Assembly: GCF_000142905.1 (NCBI RefSeq)
Contig: NW_013657678.1
Coordinates: 62,001 to 126,000 of the forward strand
From: Thecamonas trahens ATCC 50062
Lineage: Eukaryota > Protista > Apusomonadida
Direction of reading: 5' to 3'
DNA length: 64,000 nucleotides
Of the stretch, positions 61,210 to 64,000 are shown piece by piece. The notes beneath the pieces were generated by a model, which was not told the origin of the DNA, ran no database searches, and worked only from the letters and a program-made list of their open reading frames with translations. Numbering within the stretch: position 1 is the stretch's first letter; every line of letters begins with the position of its first letter. Position numbers and translations under genes: made by a program.

Positions 61210-63970
61210 TCATCGCCAGGCCGCGCCACCGCGGGCAATGAACGACCGGGCTTGGAGGTAGGCCTTGCGGTCGGCAGAAGAGAAAAAGGCGTCACCAAAG
61301 GTGTCGACTGCAGTGTCGATGGCGTCGAGGAGCTTGGTGAGGACCTGTGCCGGGAGGATCGAGGCAAGTGCCGAGTTGGTGCCAAAGCCGAGATCGTAGA
61401 CGGCGGCGGCGGCGGTGGCGGCAACCTCGGCGGCGGCGGCGGTGGCGGCGAGCCGGAGCCGCGCCAGCTGTGCCACCAGGGCGGGCTCGTCGGACGCGTC
61501 AAGATGCGAAGAGACAGCGGCGACAACGGCTGAAAGAACCTCGCCATCGGCTCCGATGTGGCTGTCGAGACGGATGGTCCATGTGACAAGGAGGTCAAGG
61601 CGGGCGAGCTTGTCGACCCAGGCGGCGGCGGCCGGATCCATCTGCCCACCACGAATGCGGGCGTCATCACCACGCTTGCGCTTCCGCTTCTCCTGGCCGT
61701 GCTCGTCCAGCTCGCTGGCGGCGGCAAAGGCGGCGTCCGGCTTGACAAGGGCAGAGACAACAAGCGAGACAAACTCGCCGAGCTCGAGCGAGGACTTGAC
61801 GGTCACGGCCGCAAAGAGAACCTCTAGCAAGGTGTCGAGCGTGACGATCGAGAGCTGTGGCGCGTGGACGATGTATGCACACGCATTGACCACAGACTGC
61901 GGGAGCGCCTGCAGCCGGAGGAGTAGGTGCAACGCGAGGGCCTGCAGCGACGGGTCGAGCGCCAGGAACGGGCCGCCCACCACTTGGCCTTTGACCTTGA
62001 CCGCGAGGAGAGGACCGACCAGCCGCGAGACCGCGTGGAACGCGCTGCCAAGCTCGGAGCTCACTGGATCGTAGAGCGCCCACTGGGCAAGAAGGCCAAG
62101 AACCCGGCGCGAGACCTGCGGCGAGCCACCCTTGAGCACCCAAAGGATCTTGAACAGGAGCTGCGCCCACTTGGCAATGATCGGCGAGGTAAACTTGCCC
62201 ATGGCACGCTCACGCTTGCTCGGCTTGCGCTTGTCGGTCGCGCCAAACGCGGCGCGGCGCGCCGCCACAGCTGCCACCACGTCGAGCACCAGCAGCGTCG
62301 CCGTCGGGTCGGCCACCACAACCTGCGACGCAAGCAGTTCGGTGACGGCTCCGAGAAGCGGCTCCAGCGCCGCCGTGGCCGCCGTCGTCTCGCGATCGGC
62401 AAGTAGCAGTTCAACATAGACCGGAAGCGCTTGCAGAACTCGGCGGTGACCAGCGGTGGCGGCGAGCGGATCCGAGCCAGAAAAGGCGTCAGTGGACGGT
62501 GGGACAAGCAGCGAGGCCAGGAACGGGGTCATGTCCGCCAGCGACGCCGCTGCCAGCGCCAGCGGCGCCGTGCCGGCCTCGACGGGCGCCGCCGCCAGCT
62601 GTGCCGCGAGCGAGCACAGCGCCACGTTGAGCGAGGTGACGGTCTCGCCCAGCGAACGAGCGAGTGCGGCCTGCTTGGCATTGGCCCGGGACGGGATCGG
62701 CGACGACACCGGAAACGCCGCCAGGTAGTGGTTGGTCGTATGGTCGCGAACGACGGTAGCAAGGCGAGCCGGCAGGACCAGGCCGGCCTCGATTACGGCG
62801 CCGACCAGGGTCGAGAGCACGCGGACAACCGAGAGCAGCGCCGATGCCCGCGCCAGCGACAGCCGCGAAGACGGGTCCGACTCGATCCAGCACTCCAGCA
62901 TCAGCGCGGCAATGCGGTCGAGAACGTCGAGCGCGGTGAGGCTCGCCGCGGCCTCGGACGACCCGCCGGACACGCCCTTGCGCGTGGTGGCTGCGGCTTG
63001 CGCCAGCGGCGGCGCGAACAGCGGCTCCGAGACCGGCGCCGAGACCGGCCGCGGCTGCGCGAGCCGCACCCATCCGGTCTGCATGTAAAGTCGCGGGCTG
63101 TTCCACGGAACGTGAGTCAGAGCAGCATCGGCAGCGGCGGCGCCGACGTCGGCCACACCGTCAGGCACATGCCCGTCGCGCGCCGAAAACGTCGCGCGCC
63201 ACGTCTGCGGCGCAAAGGCGAGGACAACGAGAGTCTCAAGCGCGTTGAGCACCGCCGCGCGCCCTGACGACGAGCTTGCCACGCCCGATGGCGTGCCGGT
63301 CAGCGTCAGCGCCGGGCCTTTTCCCGAGCTCGCTACGTGGGTCCCGGTCGCAATGTACAGCAGCGAGTCGAGGAGCGCCGGTGCCGATGCGGCAATGCGC
63401 CACGGAAAGTAGGTGACAACAAGGTCAAGCGAGCGGACTGCATCAAGCCGGACCGAGTCTTCGAGGTGCGACATACCCGACGAGATGTACAGGACCAGGT
63501 GCGCCACGTACGGCGCAAAGACGGCGAGGCTACTCCCTCCGCGCCCGATCGCCATGCCGTGGAAGAGCTTGGCAAGCAGGTTGCGAACTGCAGCTCGGAC
63601 CCCAGAGTCGACGTCTAGCAGCGTCTCTAGCACGCCGAGAACCGTGAGTCGGATGTTGTACGCCACCATGGCCGGATACTTGACCACCAGCTCGGTGATG
63701 CCCTCGAGTGCCGACGATCGCATGCGGGCGTTAAAGTGCTTGACTTGGCTCAGCAGCTCAGGAAGGACCAGCCCGCGCGAGGTGAACGCGCTCGCCACAT
63801 CGGTCATGGTCTCGTTGGTAGACGCGCCGTGGGCCAGTGACGTCCGCGCCTCGAGCGAGGCCTCACCGTACTGGGTCATCTGCGATGGCATGACCAGCGT
63901 CTTGGCCTTAAACCGAGTGTCCGTCTGGTTCTCTTGCCTTTTTTTGTCTTGCCCACTCCATCCTTCCGTT
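61210..63970 (-). CDS. TEX10: TEX10/Ipi1 (Rix1 complex) homolog; 5' end uncertain or outside the window
   Basis: N.TDTRFKAK....P.Q, L.ELLSQ.KH.N...R..AL.G, YISSGMSHL...VRLDA..LD. Confidence 0.8.
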
Positions 63971-64000
63971 TCTGTCCATGCCTCCCATGGCCATCGCCAT

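Overview
GC-rich, gene-dense, intron-poor nuclear DNA from a flagellated protist. The style is consistent with an apusomonad such as Thecamonas trahens, but this is inference only. The window has four N-gaps and about 35 protein-coding genes. Recognisable genes include GRP94, TMEM135, RSPH1, a ZDHHC, a GST, DRC8/EFCAB2, an RWD protein, MLF, a PTP, mitochondrial ClpX, CFAP20, IST1, an EDEM-like GH47, a transportin-3/importin-13-like protein, NUDT1, a divergent CK2-alpha and TEX10/Ipi1. Highlights: (1) an 80-aa nuclear gene encoding a mitochondrial presequence plus the C-terminal tail of Cox1, i.e. a split cox1; (2) two decayed piggyBac-family elements, one flanked by TTAA, inserted exactly on the GRP94 stop codon and carrying an internal inversion; (3) a bacterial-type ATP-grasp gene; (4) unusual domain architectures (FHA-FHA-FN3-MAP3K, hydrolase-START, ankyrin-RBR lacking the catalytic Cys); (5) extreme gene packing, with C-rich/CA tracts upstream of most start codons and introns only near 5' ends; (6) several same-direction one-base frameshifts at homopolymers, most likely assembly errors. 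All family calls come from motif recognition, not database searches. No rRNA, tRNA or CRISPR array was seen.
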